A DNA stretch of 63,037 bases, the filler included, from Octopus bimaculoides (taxonomy: Eukaryota): NCBI RefSeq assembly GCF_001194135.2. It is 4 parts of 4 records of this genome, joined end to end, with 100 filler letters (N's around TTAATTAATTAA, not from the genome) between each part and the next. Parts side by side here need not be neighbours in the genome. Positions count along the whole stretch, not along the records: positions 55,156 to 63,037 come from NC_069007.1; 3 more parts are not named here. One strand, 5' to 3'. The notes below the pieces were generated by a model that was not told the DNA's origin, searched no databases, and saw nothing but the letters and a program-made list of their open reading frames with translations. The translations under genes were made by a program, and so were the position numbers. Shown here piece after piece: positions 62,859 through 63,037 of the stretch (position 1 is the first letter of the stretch; each line of letters starts with the position of its first letter).

Positions 62859-62932
62859 TGGCCGGATAACTGAAGAGATGTCGGTGTGGGTTCCCACCCC
62901 TGCATCCGAAACTCGGAGTTTTATCATGGCTA
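62859..62932 (+). ncRNA. Type I hammerhead ribozyme (candidate, full core)
   Basis: Core CUGAAGA (62870-76) and GAAA (62908-11) with a G10.1-C11.1 pair. Stem I is 11 bp with a bulged A; stem II is GAUG/CAUC plus a hairpin; stem III is ACUC-G-GAGU. Cleavage triplet GUU at 62918-62920. Confidence 0.75.
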
Positions 62933-62959
62933 CCGAATAAGTGTTACATATATTTTTAC

Positions 62960-62993
<34 letters not shown>

Positions 62994-63037
62994 CGTGAGA
63001 GAGTTAGGAGTTGGGGGTTCAACCCACTAAGGGATAG

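Overview
AT-rich eukaryotic genomic DNA with many N-gaps and extremely dense microsatellites. The SINE/LINE/microsatellite landscape suggests a coleoid cephalopod such as Octopus; this is inference, not a database match. No prokaryotic features and no intact transposase or RT ORF are present. Most listed ORFs are microsatellite or N-gap artefacts. The window is mainly intron-like sequence filled with decayed mobile elements: at least four SINE-like families; RTE and CR1-group LINE fragments; an R4/Dong-like fragment in a (CATA)n tract; a Penelope-like (GIY-YIG) relic; mariner, maT and Tigger transposase relics; hAT and long-TIR MITEs; Helitron-like 5' ends; and a solo LTR nested in a SINE. A few isolated candidate + strand exons (574-730, 38041-38321, 48868-48912) hint at an unidentified large host gene. 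The most notable signal is a set of hammerhead ribozyme (HHR) motifs. One is an apparently complete type I HHR at 62859-62932. A minimal variant at 10315-10352 shares its palindromic stem III, and further degenerate motifs occur. Together with the Penelope-like relic, these suggest a Penelope/retrozyme self-cleaving RNA system.
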